Origin: Candidatus Adamsella avium
Lineage (GTDB): Bacteria; Cyanobacteriota; Vampirovibrionia; Gastranaerophilales; CAJFVJ01
Reading direction: 5' to 3'
NCBI GenBank assembly: GCA_904420445.1
Contig: CAJFVJ010000001.1
Span: 641,266 to 705,265, forward strand
Length of the DNA: 64,000 nt
Under the pieces are notes generated by a model that searched no databases, was not told the origin of the DNA, and was given only the letters and a program-made list of their open reading frames with translations. The stretch's first letter is position 1. Each line of letters starts with the position of its first letter. Of the stretch, positions 26,762-36,622 are shown in pieces. Both the position numbers and the translations under genes were made by a program.

Positions 26762-28663
26762 TTAGTACATTTCTCCGATATCAAACAGGAATCGGATTTT
26801 TTGATCTCTTCCGGCTCCGACGCTTGTAAGCGGATAACCCCAGTCCAGTTTGACGGGACCTAATCCCGGAATATTTATTCTCAACCCTGCTCCGACTGAT
26901 ATACCATAACCTGGATAGTCATAAACGTCGTTTATTGGTGATTCCTGGAATATCCTGCCGGCATCGGCAAATGCTGCAATTCTTATGTCATTGAAGAATT
27001 TGTTCTTTGTAATTTTATCCATAAAAGGTATCGGCGTTCTGAACTCCGCTGTACCCATCACAAGCCCGAGTCCTCGACCTGCTTCACCCTGTCTGTAACC
27101 TCTCATTGATCTCATACCGCCGAGTGAATATCCCGCAAACAGCGGCATATCCCCATGCAGGTTTCCTCCAGCCTTCGCCATAAGAGAGAAGGAGGATTTT
27201 TTACCGACAGGATAATATTGTTTGATAACAGCGTCAACACGCCCAAAACTGTCTGTTGTGTTGAATGAAAGATATTCTTTAAGCCCTAAAGATGCGTACA
27301 TACCTGATCTCGGGTTTATGAAGCTGTCACGTGTGTCATAAACAAGACGTGGTCCGAGTGTTAGGAATGTTCCGCTTGTGAGCATCTCTTCTCTTTTTGA
27401 GAAATCAACGCCTGCCTGCTGGAATCTCTGGCGCATGGTGAAGTCATCACCTTCTTCGATACTTACACCTTCAACACCGAGAGATATACCTCCTGCAAGA
27501 TGCGGAACTTTTGCAAACGGGTGAGTAATTTCGACTTCACCGCCCAAGTATTTTTCAATAGCAAGAGGCACCTGCCAGCTTGCAAAATCTCTTCCATAGA
27601 CTCTTGCCTGAAGGGCGTTTGTTGTCTGTCTGAATCTCGGTTCCAGAAATCTCGCTTCAATTTGATAGCTTGCTCTTTTGATGATGTCTGCATCCTGGAA
27701 CATTAAGCCGCTGCCGCCAGTGAAGTTGATGCCGATTTCCTGCCCGAGTCCTCTGAAGTTATGTTCAGTGTAACCTCCTGAACCGAACAGACCTGTTGAA
27801 GTATCAAGACCACCCCCGATAGTGATTGAACCCGAACGTTTTTCATCTACTTCAATAGTCAGGATATATTTATTCGGGTCTTTATCGCTTGGTTCTATCA
27901 CTCTTCGTACGTCTTCGAATGCCTGTGTACCATAGATTCTTTGCAAGTCAGCTTTCAGAGCATTTTCGTTATAAACAGAGCCCGGTTTTATCAGGATATT
28001 TCTTCTTATAACAAAGTCTTTTGTCTTTTTGTTGCCAGATATTTTGATGTCTTCGATTGTTCCTTCATTGATGTCTATATTGATGATACCGTCGGGGTCA
28101 TCCGAGATTTGGGTGACTCTTGCGAGGATATAGCCTTTTGATTCATAGAGCCTTTCTATTTGAGCAATTGCTATGTTGAGATTGTTGATGTTCTGCGGCA
28201 TACCTATGTTGCCGTTGAGTCTTTCAAGAATTTCCGTTGTATCAACAGAGTCATTCCCTTCGATGTTGAAGCCGGTAATAGGTGCGTTTTCCTGAAGAAC
28301 AATTTTGAGAATAACTCCTTCTCCGGTCGGTTTGAGAACGGCTTTCATCTTATCCGAGAAGTAACCCATTTTGTAGACACTTTTCAAACTTGCTCTGATT
28401 TTTTGTCTGTCGAGTTCTTCTCCAGGTTTTATCAACACTGCGTCTTTGATTTCATCTTCGCTGACCAGATGGTTGCCTTCGACTTGAATTTCTTTTATCA
28501 AAACAGCTTCGTCATATTTACGGTCTGTTTCCTGGTCAAGATGCTCCTTAGCTATATCTTCAGCCTTTGAAAAGGGTTTCTCCTCCGGGTTGTCTGTGAT
28601 AGCTAAGGAATAATTTGTTATACAGAATAATGCGATTAAGGTTAGGACCGACTTTTTTAGCAT
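26762..28663 (-). CDS. bamA: Outer-membrane protein assembly factor BamA/Omp85
   Basis: It has a signal peptide, POTRA-like repeats (IKEIQVEGN..., ITGFNIEGN...) and a C-terminal barrel ending ...RFLFDIGEMY. Confidence 0.85.
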   Translation of the reverse strand: MLKKSVLTLIALFCITNYSLAITDNPEEKPFSKAEDIAKEHLDQETDRKYDEAVLIKEIQVEGNHLVSEDEIKDAVLIKPGEELDRQKIRASLKSVYKMGYFSDKMKAVLKPTGEGVILKIVLQENAPITGFNIEGNDSVDTTEILERLNGNIGMPQNINNLNIAIAQIERLYESKGYILARVTQISDDPDGIINIDINEGTIEDIKISGNKKTKDFVIRRNILIKPGSVYNENALKADLQRIYGTQAFEDVRRVIEPSDKDPNKYILTIEVDEKRSGSITIGGGLDTSTGLFGSGGYTEHNFRGLGQEIGINFTGGSGLMFQDADIIKRASYQIEARFLEPRFRQTTNALQARVYGRDFASWQVPLAIEKYLGGEVEITHPFAKVPHLAGGISLGVEGVSIEEGDDFTMRQRFQQAGVDFSKREEMLTSGTFLTLGPRLVYDTRDSFINPRSGMYASLGLKEYLSFNTTDSFGRVDAVIKQYYPVGKKSSFSLMAKAGGNLHGDMPLFAGYSLGGMRSMRGYRQGEAGRGLGLVMGTAEFRTPIPFMDKITKNKFFNDIRIAAFADAGRIFQESPINDVYDYPGYGISVGAGLRINIPGLGPVKLDWGYPLTSVGAGRDQKIRFLFDIGEMY

Positions 28664-28768
28664 CTATTTACCTGACTACTGTTTTTAGTATATTATACAA
28701 TTAAAATAATAGCGGGTGGAACAATTTATTTACTGTATATTTTTTCTTTGGAAAAAAAAGAGGTTTAT

Positions 28769-29086
28769 ATGACTTACAACTATGTAATAACAATGGTTTC
28801 AGACATTGATGAAGCAAAATTAATTGCAAAAAATCTTGTAACAAAACATTTAGCAGCCTGCGTAAACATAGTTCCGTCGGTTATATCGGTTTATGAATGG
28901 AAGGGTGAAGTTTGCTGCGACGGCGAGTTGATGGTATTTGCAAAAACCCGCAGCGAATTATTTGAAGAAGTTAAAGAAGAAATCCTCAGATATCATTCTT
29001 ATGACTTGCCTGCTGTTGTGTCGGTTCCGGTTGAAGACGGTCATAAACCATTTTTGCAGTGGGTTGATGAACAATGCAAAAAATAA
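28769..29086 (+). CDS. cutA: Divalent-cation tolerance protein CutA
   Basis: LAACVNIVPSVISVYEWKGEV...ELMVFAKT...HSYDLPAV matches CutA. The ATG at 28769 has an AAGAGG 6 nt upstream. Confidence 0.85.
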   Translation: MTYNYVITMVSDIDEAKLIAKNLVTKHLAACVNIVPSVISVYEWKGEVCCDGELMVFAKTRSELFEEVKEEILRYHSYDLPAVVSVPVEDGHKPFLQWVDEQCKK

Positions 29087-29913
29087 AAGAATTTGATGAA
29101 AAAACGCTGATATCTTTTTTGAAGTCTTTGGGGATTGTTGTCAAAACAAATACAAAAGCCCGCTCCCATCAGGGGTGTTATTTTAATAACAGAATTGATA
29201 TATCGGTGAAGACTCCGAAAGAAAAAAGAGTGCAGACTCTTATTCATGAATTTGCACACAAGATACACTCTGATATAGAACCTGATATCCACAAGAGAAA
29301 TTCTCAGGGAGGAAGTCTTGAGAAACTGTTTGATTGTTGTGAAGTCGCAGAGATTTATGAAGAGCTTGTTGATGTAACGAATTTTGTTGATAAAAATTCT
29401 CTTTTTGAAGAATTGATAGAGAAAAAAGAGAAAATAAAAAAGCAAATAAAACAACTTGAAATTGCTATAAAAGAAGAAAACCCAGAGTTTCAGCGTTCGA
29501 AAGATTTTGCGTATGCAAGAAATTTTTTCAAAAAGAACAAAACTGATGCTGCTTATCTTCTCAAACATGACAGAATTATTCTTGTATCTCCGGTTTTGAG
29601 AAGAAAGAGCTATTATGACATAAAAAACATAGACGAAGATTTCCCTGACCTGCCTGTTGTGATAAGGGAGTATATAAAAATAAAATCCCTTCAGCGTAAG
29701 CAGAAGGCTATCTCTGTCAAGATAAACAAATTTACAAAGTATTATCATCGTCCTACCGAGCTTTTTGCGAGGTTTGTCGAAGGATTATATCTTGATTGTG
29801 AAAAAATCAGTTGTATTGCTCCTCATAGTTGTGATAAATTTTTTGAGTTATTAAACAACGGATATTATGGAAGTTTGAAAGAACTGTTTACGGAGAAAGA
29901 AAATGCCTTTTGA
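29074..29913 (+). CDS. Hypothetical protein with HExxH zincin-like motif
   Basis: It contains LIHEFAHKIH and a distal ELFARFVEGLY. The gene overlaps cutA (13 nt) and mtnA (11 nt), and its codon usage resembles its neighbours. Confidence 0.55.
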   Translation: MQKIKEFDEKTLISFLKSLGIVVKTNTKARSHQGCYFNNRIDISVKTPKEKRVQTLIHEFAHKIHSDIEPDIHKRNSQGGSLEKLFDCCEVAEIYEELVDVTNFVDKNSLFEELIEKKEKIKKQIKQLEIAIKEENPEFQRSKDFAYARNFFKKNKTDAAYLLKHDRIILVSPVLRRKSYYDIKNIDEDFPDLPVVIREYIKIKSLQRKQKAISVKINKFTKYYHRPTELFARFVEGLYLDCEKISCIAPHSCDKFFELLNNGYYGSLKELFTEKENAF

Positions 29914-30964
29914 ATCAAAAATAAAAACAATTGAATGGCTCGGTGAGTCAGTGAAGATGATAGACCAGACAAAAATTCCTTATTCTTTTGAGACGATTGA
30001 GCTTACGAAATGCGAGGAAGTCGCTGAGGCAATAAAAGTTATGATAGTAAGAGGCGCACCTGCTATCGGTATTGCAGGGGCTCATGGAGTGACTCTTGCG
30101 GCTATTGAGCTATCAAAAAAAGAAAAGGATAAAAAAACTTTCTTGCTCAAGTTGAAAGAACGTGCAGAATTTTTGAAATCAACAAGACCGACAGCAGTGA
30201 ACCTCATGTGGGCTGTTGATAAGCAGATTGAAGCAGCTGAAAGTTATGGCGGTGATGATGTTGAAGGCATAGTTGAAGCTTTGAAATCAAACGGAGTTAT
30301 GCTCGAAAATCAGGATATCGAAATTAACAGGAAAATAGGCGACTTCGGTGCAGAGATTATTCCTGAGGGGGCAACTATCCTTACACACTGCAACGCAGGA
30401 GCTCTTGCAACAGTTGGTTATGGGACAGCTCTCGGCGTTGTGCGTTCTGCTTATGCAAAAGACAACACAATCCGTGTGTTTGCCGACGAAACAAGACCCC
30501 GCCAGCAGGGAGCAAGACTTACAACTTTTGAGCTTATAGAAGACGGAATTCCTACGACTCTTATTACTGATGGGATGTGCGGATATTTCATGAAAAATCA
30601 TATGATTGATGTTGTGGTAGTTGGGGCTGATCGAATTGCAGCAAACGGTGATACTGCAAATAAAATAGGAACTTACACCGTTGCACTGGCAGCGAAGGCT
30701 CATAATATACCTTTTTATATTGCCGCTCCTCTTTCAACAATTGATATATCAATCAAAAACGGTGATGAAATTCCGATTGAGGAAAGAGGAAGGGAGGAAG
30801 TTACTCACATCAACGGGAAGACCATTTGTCACCCTGATGTGAACATAATCAATCCTGCGTTTGATGTTACTCCGAATGAATACATTTCGGGTATTATTAC
30901 GGAGGTGGGAATATTGCGTCCTGACTATAAAAATTCGATTGCCGATGCTATGAAAAAAATGTAA
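29903..30964 (+). CDS. mtnA: S-methyl-5-thioribose-1-phosphate isomerase
   Basis: IVRGAPAIGIAGA, RPTAVNL, THCNAGALATVGYGTALGV, ETRPRQQGARLT and VGADRIAANGDTANKIGTY match the MtnA/eIF-2B family. Confidence 0.88.
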   Translation: MPFESKIKTIEWLGESVKMIDQTKIPYSFETIELTKCEEVAEAIKVMIVRGAPAIGIAGAHGVTLAAIELSKKEKDKKTFLLKLKERAEFLKSTRPTAVNLMWAVDKQIEAAESYGGDDVEGIVEALKSNGVMLENQDIEINRKIGDFGAEIIPEGATILTHCNAGALATVGYGTALGVVRSAYAKDNTIRVFADETRPRQQGARLTTFELIEDGIPTTLITDGMCGYFMKNHMIDVVVVGADRIAANGDTANKIGTYTVALAAKAHNIPFYIAAPLSTIDISIKNGDEIPIEERGREEVTHINGKTICHPDVNIINPAFDVTPNEYISGIITEVGILRPDYKNSIADAMKKM

Positions 30965-31030
30965 TTTTGCTTTGGCAATAAAAAAAAGTGAATTGTTTTT
31001 ATTATAATAGGTAGTTATGTGATAGAAACA

Positions 31031-31789
31031 ATGGAAGTACGTTCAGCAGCAGTCAGTTCGAATATTTTGGAATCATCGAATGTCGGGAAGACTTTTGATG
31101 ACTTTGGAGTATCTGAGCCGTCTGATTTTTATATAAAAAGAGGGGTTCTCCTTGATACGTTTGAGAAGGTGCAGAAAAAACAGGGGTGGTTTGCAAGGAG
31201 ATGGGATGATTTGAAGAATGCTTTGGGAATGAAGAGCGGATCAAAGAATGTGAAAGATGTTTTGAGTAAAGTTAAAACAGGTCAGGTTGAACAAGCCGAA
31301 GGGAAAAAGGTTCTTGAAAAATATATAAAGCAGCAATCATCTGTATCTCAGGGAGCTATGAACTTTATTTCAAGTATGCTTGTGATGGGAGCGGCTGCGC
31401 TTCCTTTGAAGAAAAAAGGAACGGTTATTTTATCTTTATTGACGGGAGTTTTATCCCGTGTAGGGCTTGGCGCTTTTGAGGCATCGACAAATAAAGTTGA
31501 AGGAGATTATACATTTAAAAAAGCTCTGAAAGATACCTCTTTTGGTTTGGTTATCGGAGGTATCGGACCTCTTGGCAAACTTGGGGCGCTTAAGCTTGAA
31601 GATAAAGTATCTCTTAAATTATTTAAATTTATTGCAATGAACGCTGTTGCAACGGGGGGAACATCTGTTTTCAACAGTGTATCTTTAGCTGCCGGATTGT
31701 TGAACAGAGATTTTGCAAAGTCATTTGATGAGAAGTATACAAATAAAAAACAAAATGAAGAGAGGCTTACTATTTTGATGCCAAAATAG
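31031..31789 (+). CDS. Hypothetical protein with Gly/Ala-rich hydrophobic segments
   Basis: The ORF has several predicted membrane-like segments (FISSMLVMGAAALPL, GLVIGGIGPLG). No family is recognised, and the start is uncertain (GTG 31019 or ATG 31031). Confidence 0.5.
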   Translation: MEVRSAAVSSNILESSNVGKTFDDFGVSEPSDFYIKRGVLLDTFEKVQKKQGWFARRWDDLKNALGMKSGSKNVKDVLSKVKTGQVEQAEGKKVLEKYIKQQSSVSQGAMNFISSMLVMGAAALPLKKKGTVILSLLTGVLSRVGLGAFEASTNKVEGDYTFKKALKDTSFGLVIGGIGPLGKLGALKLEDKVSLKLFKFIAMNAVATGGTSVFNSVSLAAGLLNRDFAKSFDEKYTNKKQNEERLTILMPK

Positions 31790-32702
31790 TTGAAATGCTT
31801 TCATACCCGTTTTCGATAAAGTCTTTGAGCCGTGAGTCGCTGAAAGAGTTTCCTGAGTAGTTTATTTTGAGAAAGTTTTCGTATACTTCGAACAATCTGC
31901 CTTCTTCGTAAGCTTTGTAGAATTCTCTCCAGTGAACTCCTACTTCTTTTTCCTGATTTTGCAGGGCAATATGTCCTTTTAGAACTTTGTTTTCAAATTG
32001 TTTGTAGGTTCTTATCCCGTAATGGAAAATAGTGATGTCATCATAGACAATAGCACGTTTGTTATGCATTTTTGCGTTGTGGTTGCCTTGAGCGATTGAT
32101 TCGTAGTCTTTTGTTTTGCACATACATTTGCTTGTGTATTTGAATGAGCTTGTGTTTTGTTCTGAGAGAATTCCCCTTGTGTTGTGGTAGAATTTTTCGT
32201 CGTCTTCGAGAGATTTTGCTTCGGGGAAGATGTTGAACATTGGAATTATTGCGATGTTGTAGTTTTTCAGTTTTTCGATGTCTTTTTTGAAGTCATTGTG
32301 AGAAGAGTACCAGAACTCATCAGCATCAGCATTTATAACCCAATCGGCGTTGTATTGTTCTTTGGCGATTTTTATCATTCTGTCAACGAACTTTGCCTGG
32401 TCAAAATCATCGTCTGGTTCTTCGATAAGATGGAGGACTCCTTTTTCCTGATATTTTTTGAAAACCTCTTTTGTGCCGTCAGTTGAATTGTTATCTGTTG
32501 CGATGATAAAGTCTATTCCCTGCTTCAGGTGAAATTTGATGTTTTCTTCAATGACATCTATTTCATTTTTTGCAAGAATGGTCATAATAATTTTTTCTTT
32601 TGATTTCTTTGCGTTGAAAATTTTGTACTGAAAAGAGCTGCGGAGTTTGTTTCTCAGTTTTTTGTCAGGGATGAGTTTTATCAGGTTTTCGTTCAGCAGC
32701 AT
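31770..32702 (-). CDS. Glycosyltransferase family 2-like protein
   Basis: IMTILAKNEIDVIEENI...IIATDNNSTDGT...INADADEFW contains a DxD-type motif. Confidence 0.7.
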   Translation of the reverse strand: MLLNENLIKLIPDKKLRNKLRSSFQYKIFNAKKSKEKIIMTILAKNEIDVIEENIKFHLKQGIDFIIATDNNSTDGTKEVFKKYQEKGVLHLIEEPDDDFDQAKFVDRMIKIAKEQYNADWVINADADEFWYSSHNDFKKDIEKLKNYNIAIIPMFNIFPEAKSLEDDEKFYHNTRGILSEQNTSSFKYTSKCMCKTKDYESIAQGNHNAKMHNKRAIVYDDITIFHYGIRTYKQFENKVLKGHIALQNQEKEVGVHWREFYKAYEEGRLFEVYENFLKINYSGNSFSDSRLKDFIENGYESISTILASK

Positions 32703-32714
32703 GGGTTTTCTCTC

Positions 32715-34019
32715 CTAGAGTTTTCTTACAAGGTTGACCATTTCTTCAAAAGAATAAGGGTTTTTGATTATGTGCAATTTTGTGTTGAGATTTTTTTCGA
32801 CATCTTCGATTTTCAAATCATCGAGGAATGTATCTTCTCCATCTCGCAGCATAACTGAGGGGATGATGATGTTCTCGATTGAGTCTTTTTTTTGTTCGAG
32901 ATTTTTGATGATGTCTTTTCCTGTAATGAGCCCTGCGACTGTGATGTCATCTCCCCAGAAATAACTTTTGAGAACATCGAGTTCTATTGAGAGGTTGTTG
33001 ATTTTGTTGAGTTCATCAACAATGTCTTTCATTGCATAAGACGCCAGCAGTCCTGTTGCGAGGGTGAAGTTTGTTTTTTTTGATATAGAGCGGGGGAGTT
33101 TTTTCTTTAGTTTATGGAAGCTGTCTCTGAGCATTCTGACCGTGCCCACCCCGTCTTCAAGCTGGTTGTAACCATGGTAAAATTCTTTTTTCGGGAAGTC
33201 TTTTCCTGCTAACATGAAAAACTCATCGGAAGGAAGGACGAAGTTTTGTTTCATATTGGCATTGAATTCAAAAACCTGTTCGAGAACTTCTTTTGCTTTA
33301 TCAGGAGTAACTTTTGTGAGGTCAGTGTCTTTTCTGAATTTTGTAATGCCAAGCGGGACGATTGCTACAGATAAAATATTATCTTTGAGTTCTGATAAAT
33401 CTCTTAGCGTTCTTGAGAGTTCTTCCCTGTCATTAAATCCCGGGCAGAGGACTATCTGGATGTGGCATGGGATGCCGATTTTCTTGAGCCATCCGAGTTC
33501 TTCCATGATGTTTGCTGCTTTCGGGTTACCCATCATTGTGGCTCTAAGTTCCGGATTGGTTGTGTGAACTGAAACATAAAGCGGACCGAGTCTGAGTTGT
33601 TCAATTCTAGTTCTGTCACTCTGTGTTAAATTCGAGAGAGTGACATAAGTTCCATGGAAATAGGAGAGCCTGTAGTCGTCATCTTTGACATAAAGACTTT
33701 GCCTCATACCTTTTGGCTGCTGGTCGATGAAGCAGAATTTGCAGTGATTGGTGCAGGGTTTTATGCGGTCAAAGATTACTTCAGAAAATTCTATTCCGAG
33801 TGGTTCATCGTAGTCTTTTTCTATTTCAAAGATTTCTTCTTCTCCGTTTTGGTGTTTGATGTAGAGTTCTATTTCTTCTGAGCAGTCAAGGAGTTGGTAG
33901 TCGAGGATATCACGCAGTTTTGTTTTGTTGAACGACAAAATTTCATCACCTGCCTTGAGTCCCAAATCGTCGGCAATGGAATTTTTTTTGACTGCGGCTA
34001 TTATTACTTTGTTATCCAT
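32715..34019 (-). CDS. PDZ / radical-SAM-like / DUF512 protein
   Basis: It has an N-terminal PDZ-like region (SIADDLGLKAGDEILSFN), a CxxxCxxC cluster (CTNHCKFC), and a length and organisation typical of the DUF512 family. Confidence 0.75.
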   Translation of the reverse strand: MDNKVIIAAVKKNSIADDLGLKAGDEILSFNKTKLRDILDYQLLDCSEEIELYIKHQNGEEEIFEIEKDYDEPLGIEFSEVIFDRIKPCTNHCKFCFIDQQPKGMRQSLYVKDDDYRLSYFHGTYVTLSNLTQSDRTRIEQLRLGPLYVSVHTTNPELRATMMGNPKAANIMEELGWLKKIGIPCHIQIVLCPGFNDREELSRTLRDLSELKDNILSVAIVPLGITKFRKDTDLTKVTPDKAKEVLEQVFEFNANMKQNFVLPSDEFFMLAGKDFPKKEFYHGYNQLEDGVGTVRMLRDSFHKLKKKLPRSISKKTNFTLATGLLASYAMKDIVDELNKINNLSIELDVLKSYFWGDDITVAGLITGKDIIKNLEQKKDSIENIIIPSVMLRDGEDTFLDDLKIEDVEKNLNTKLHIIKNPYSFEEMVNLVRKL

Positions 34020-34032
34020 AAAACACCCGTTA

Positions 34033-34764
34033 TTAAGTGAAGAAAATCCAGCTCAGTATCAAGTCGCAGATGAATAAGACAATTGTCGAATACATAGCGG
34101 CTTTTGTGGTTGCTATCCCGACTTCTTTTGCTCCGCCTTTGGTGAGATAACCCTGAGTACAGCATACAAGAGAGATTAACAGACCGAATGCAGCTGCTTT
34201 GATTATACCTATGAACAGGTCTTTCGCATCCATAAAAGTCCAGATGGAATAAAGGAACATATTAGGATGCAGTTCTACAGTAGCGTAGGCAACAATTATA
34301 CCGCCGATAATCCCTATTAGCTGGGCGATAATTGATACCAGAGGAATTGCAATTGTTGCTGCTGCCAGCCTTGGTGCAAAGAGATAGCCGATGGGAGAAA
34401 CTCCGAGGGTTTTCATGGCGTCTATTTGCTGTGTTATTTTCATGTTTGCGACTTCAGCAGCCATTGCGGTGCCTGAGCGGGCGCTTATTGCAAGAGCTGC
34501 AAAACCGGGGCCCAGTTCTCTGATTATTGCAAAAGTGACAACCCCTCCGATGTAACCTTCTGTTCCGCTCATGGCAAATTGCTTTGAGAGCTGGAGAGAG
34601 ATTACCGCACCTGTGATAAAAACAATGGTGCCTGCTATTGCCAGTGAGTCGGCGCCTATGTTTGCGATTTGGTTTATGCACTCTTTGAATCTAAAGTTTT
34701 TTGAAAATATAAACTTTAGAGATTCAAACAGATTGATTGTACACTCTCCGATTAGTTTAATCAT
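34033..34764 (-). CDS. mlaE: MlaE-type ABC transporter permease
   Basis: IRELGPGFAALAISARSGTAMAAEVANMKITQQIDAMKTLGVSPIGYLFAPR matches MlaE/Ttg2B. Confidence 0.8.
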   Translation of the reverse strand: MIKLIGECTINLFESLKFIFSKNFRFKECINQIANIGADSLAIAGTIVFITGAVISLQLSKQFAMSGTEGYIGGVVTFAIIRELGPGFAALAISARSGTAMAAEVANMKITQQIDAMKTLGVSPIGYLFAPRLAAATIAIPLVSIIAQLIGIIGGIIVAYATVELHPNMFLYSIWTFMDAKDLFIGIIKAAAFGLLISLVCCTQGYLTKGGAKEVGIATTKAAMYSTIVLFICDLILSWIFFT

Positions 34765-34954
34765 AAATTTAATTTTATAACAGAAAAGTTCATTTGAACA
34801 TAGGAGAAGAGATATTTGAGCAGAGTTTTACGTTGATTTATTAATTAATTTTACCGAGAATTCCTGCGTTTTTGTCTTTTTATCTTTGTTTGTCATAAAA
34901 TAGAAGGGTGAAAATATTATTGTTGTTTGCACCATCGAAATCGGGAGAGTCGTT

Positions 34955-36622
34955 TTGTTTTTAGTTAACATAATATCAGTGGTTTTATCGTTATTTCTGG
35001 CGTATTATCTGCTTTATTGTATATACATAGTTTACTGTGCATCAAAATATAATCTCTGGAAGATAAAGTATAAATATCCATCAGTTAATTATTATCAGAA
35101 TTTGAACGTTACCGTATATTCTCATAACAACGGCAATGATGTTGTTGAGCTGCTTGAGCAGTTGAAGAGGCAGGATTATCCGCAGGATAAGTATAAAATA
35201 AACATAATTCTTGATAATTGCACAGATGGTTCTGCCAAGCTGCTTGAGATAATAGGCGGCGCCCGTCTGTGGAGGATAAACTCCGAAGACGGTGAACCTA
35301 TCGGACAGAATGCTGCTATTGAGTGGTATGTTGATAGAGTTCTTGCAACAGACTATACAAACGGATTTGTTTTTTTGAATGCAGAAAACAAGGTAGATAT
35401 AAATCTTCTGGATAAGGTAAATGCAGTGTTGAAAGATTATTCCGTTGTAATAGGGCATCGTGTGCCGAAGGAAGAGGGAAATCGTTTAACGCTTGCAATG
35501 AGAAAGCTGCTTGATAAAATTCATTCGGAGATTGTAATGAAAGGACGTTCGATGGCAGAGCTGCAGCTTACTATCGATACTTCAGTTATGGCAATCAGGC
35601 AGGAAACACTTGAGAAAATAAGATTTATCACTGTTGAAAATCAGTCTTTTGAGTATCTTTATTCAATGCTGCTTGCAAAGTCAGATATATCTACGATTTT
35701 CTATGATGAAGTAAAAGTCTATGACAAAAACAAGACCACGCTCTCAGGTTTGTTCAAGAAGTATTATAATATTGTGAAATACAACTGCAAGTCGTTTGTT
35801 CAAGGGATGAAGTATATATGCCGCTCGGCAAGCAGTGTGAAGTTTAAGGAGTATGCCTTTTCTCTTGTTTATCCAAATGATTTGATGCTGATAGTTCTTT
35901 TAGGGATTTTAGTTTATTGCTCAGGAATTCCTGATTTTGCGATGAGTTATAAGATACCTTATTTCCTGACTATAGCATTTGTTCTGACTGCTGTTTATCT
36001 TATTCTGGTTGCCAGAGTGAAATTCAAGGAGATTTTGCTTTATCCTCTGCAGCTTTTTGGCGAGTTGATATTACCTCTTGGTGCGAAAGTTCAATTTAAA
36101 CCGCTTTTTGATAAAGTGCCAGCACTGCGTGATATAAACTTTGAGATGATAAAGAAAATGCCTGTTAAAATAGTTTCTCGGATATCAGGTTTTATGAACA
36201 GAAATAAAGAGCCTGAGGATGCCTATGATGTTTATTTGACTAACGGAAGCAGATGCAAGCTGCAGATTATAGAAGAAGACGGATTGGTTCGTGCTGTGTT
36301 GTGGTTCAACAAAAAACGTATGACTTCTCTCAATCATATAAAAACATCTGGTGCTATAGAAGAGTTATCGGATAAACTATTATCAAGAGGTTTTGCGCTG
36401 AAAATTTGCCAGAACTGCGGATATTTCGAAGAAAAAAAGGACGGGCGCTACAATTCAAATGAAGGAAAGTGTTTCTGCGGTGTTATAAAAGATGAAACCC
36501 GTTCCCCATATAGTGTTTATCTATGGTCGCAGTGCAACAACATTATCCCCGCACATGCAAGAGAATATATCCAAAAACAGCTTGAGAATATAAGACGTGA
36601 AAACGGAAACGAGGATAAATAA
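34955..36622 (+). CDS. Membrane glycosyltransferase family 2-like protein with C-terminal Cys-rich cytoplasmic domain
   Basis: The GT2 N-terminal pattern VTVYSHNNGNDVVELL...YKINIILDNCTDGS is followed by TM helices in the centre and a C-terminal CQNCGYF...GKCFCG. A TTG start is preceded by GGGAGAG. Confidence 0.65.
   Translation: MFLVNIISVVLSLFLAYYLLYCIYIVYCASKYNLWKIKYKYPSVNYYQNLNVTVYSHNNGNDVVELLEQLKRQDYPQDKYKINIILDNCTDGSAKLLEIIGGARLWRINSEDGEPIGQNAAIEWYVDRVLATDYTNGFVFLNAENKVDINLLDKVNAVLKDYSVVIGHRVPKEEGNRLTLAMRKLLDKIHSEIVMKGRSMAELQLTIDTSVMAIRQETLEKIRFITVENQSFEYLYSMLLAKSDISTIFYDEVKVYDKNKTTLSGLFKKYYNIVKYNCKSFVQGMKYICRSASSVKFKEYAFSLVYPNDLMLIVLLGILVYCSGIPDFAMSYKIPYFLTIAFVLTAVYLILVARVKFKEILLYPLQLFGELILPLGAKVQFKPLFDKVPALRDINFEMIKKMPVKIVSRISGFMNRNKEPEDAYDVYLTNGSRCKLQIIEEDGLVRAVLWFNKKRMTSLNHIKTSGAIEELSDKLLSRGFALKICQNCGYFEEKKDGRYNSNEGKCFCGVIKDETRSPYSVYLWSQCNNIIPAHAREYIQKQLENIRRENGNEDK

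Noticed and set aside
29041-29748. 235-aa minus-strand ORF overlapping the HExxH gene
   Set aside because: Its F/Y/L/K/I-rich low-complexity translation is typical of the antisense of an A/K/E-rich gene. It has no motifs. The plus-strand ORF has an HExxH motif and is translationally coupled to its neighbours.
36100-36622. PilZ (c-di-GMP binding) domain at the C-terminus of the membrane GT2
   Set aside because: I found only a weak resemblance (NRNKE ... LTNGSRCK) to RxxxR / (D/N)xSxxG. The arginine pair and the glycine are missing, so the call cannot be supported from sequence.
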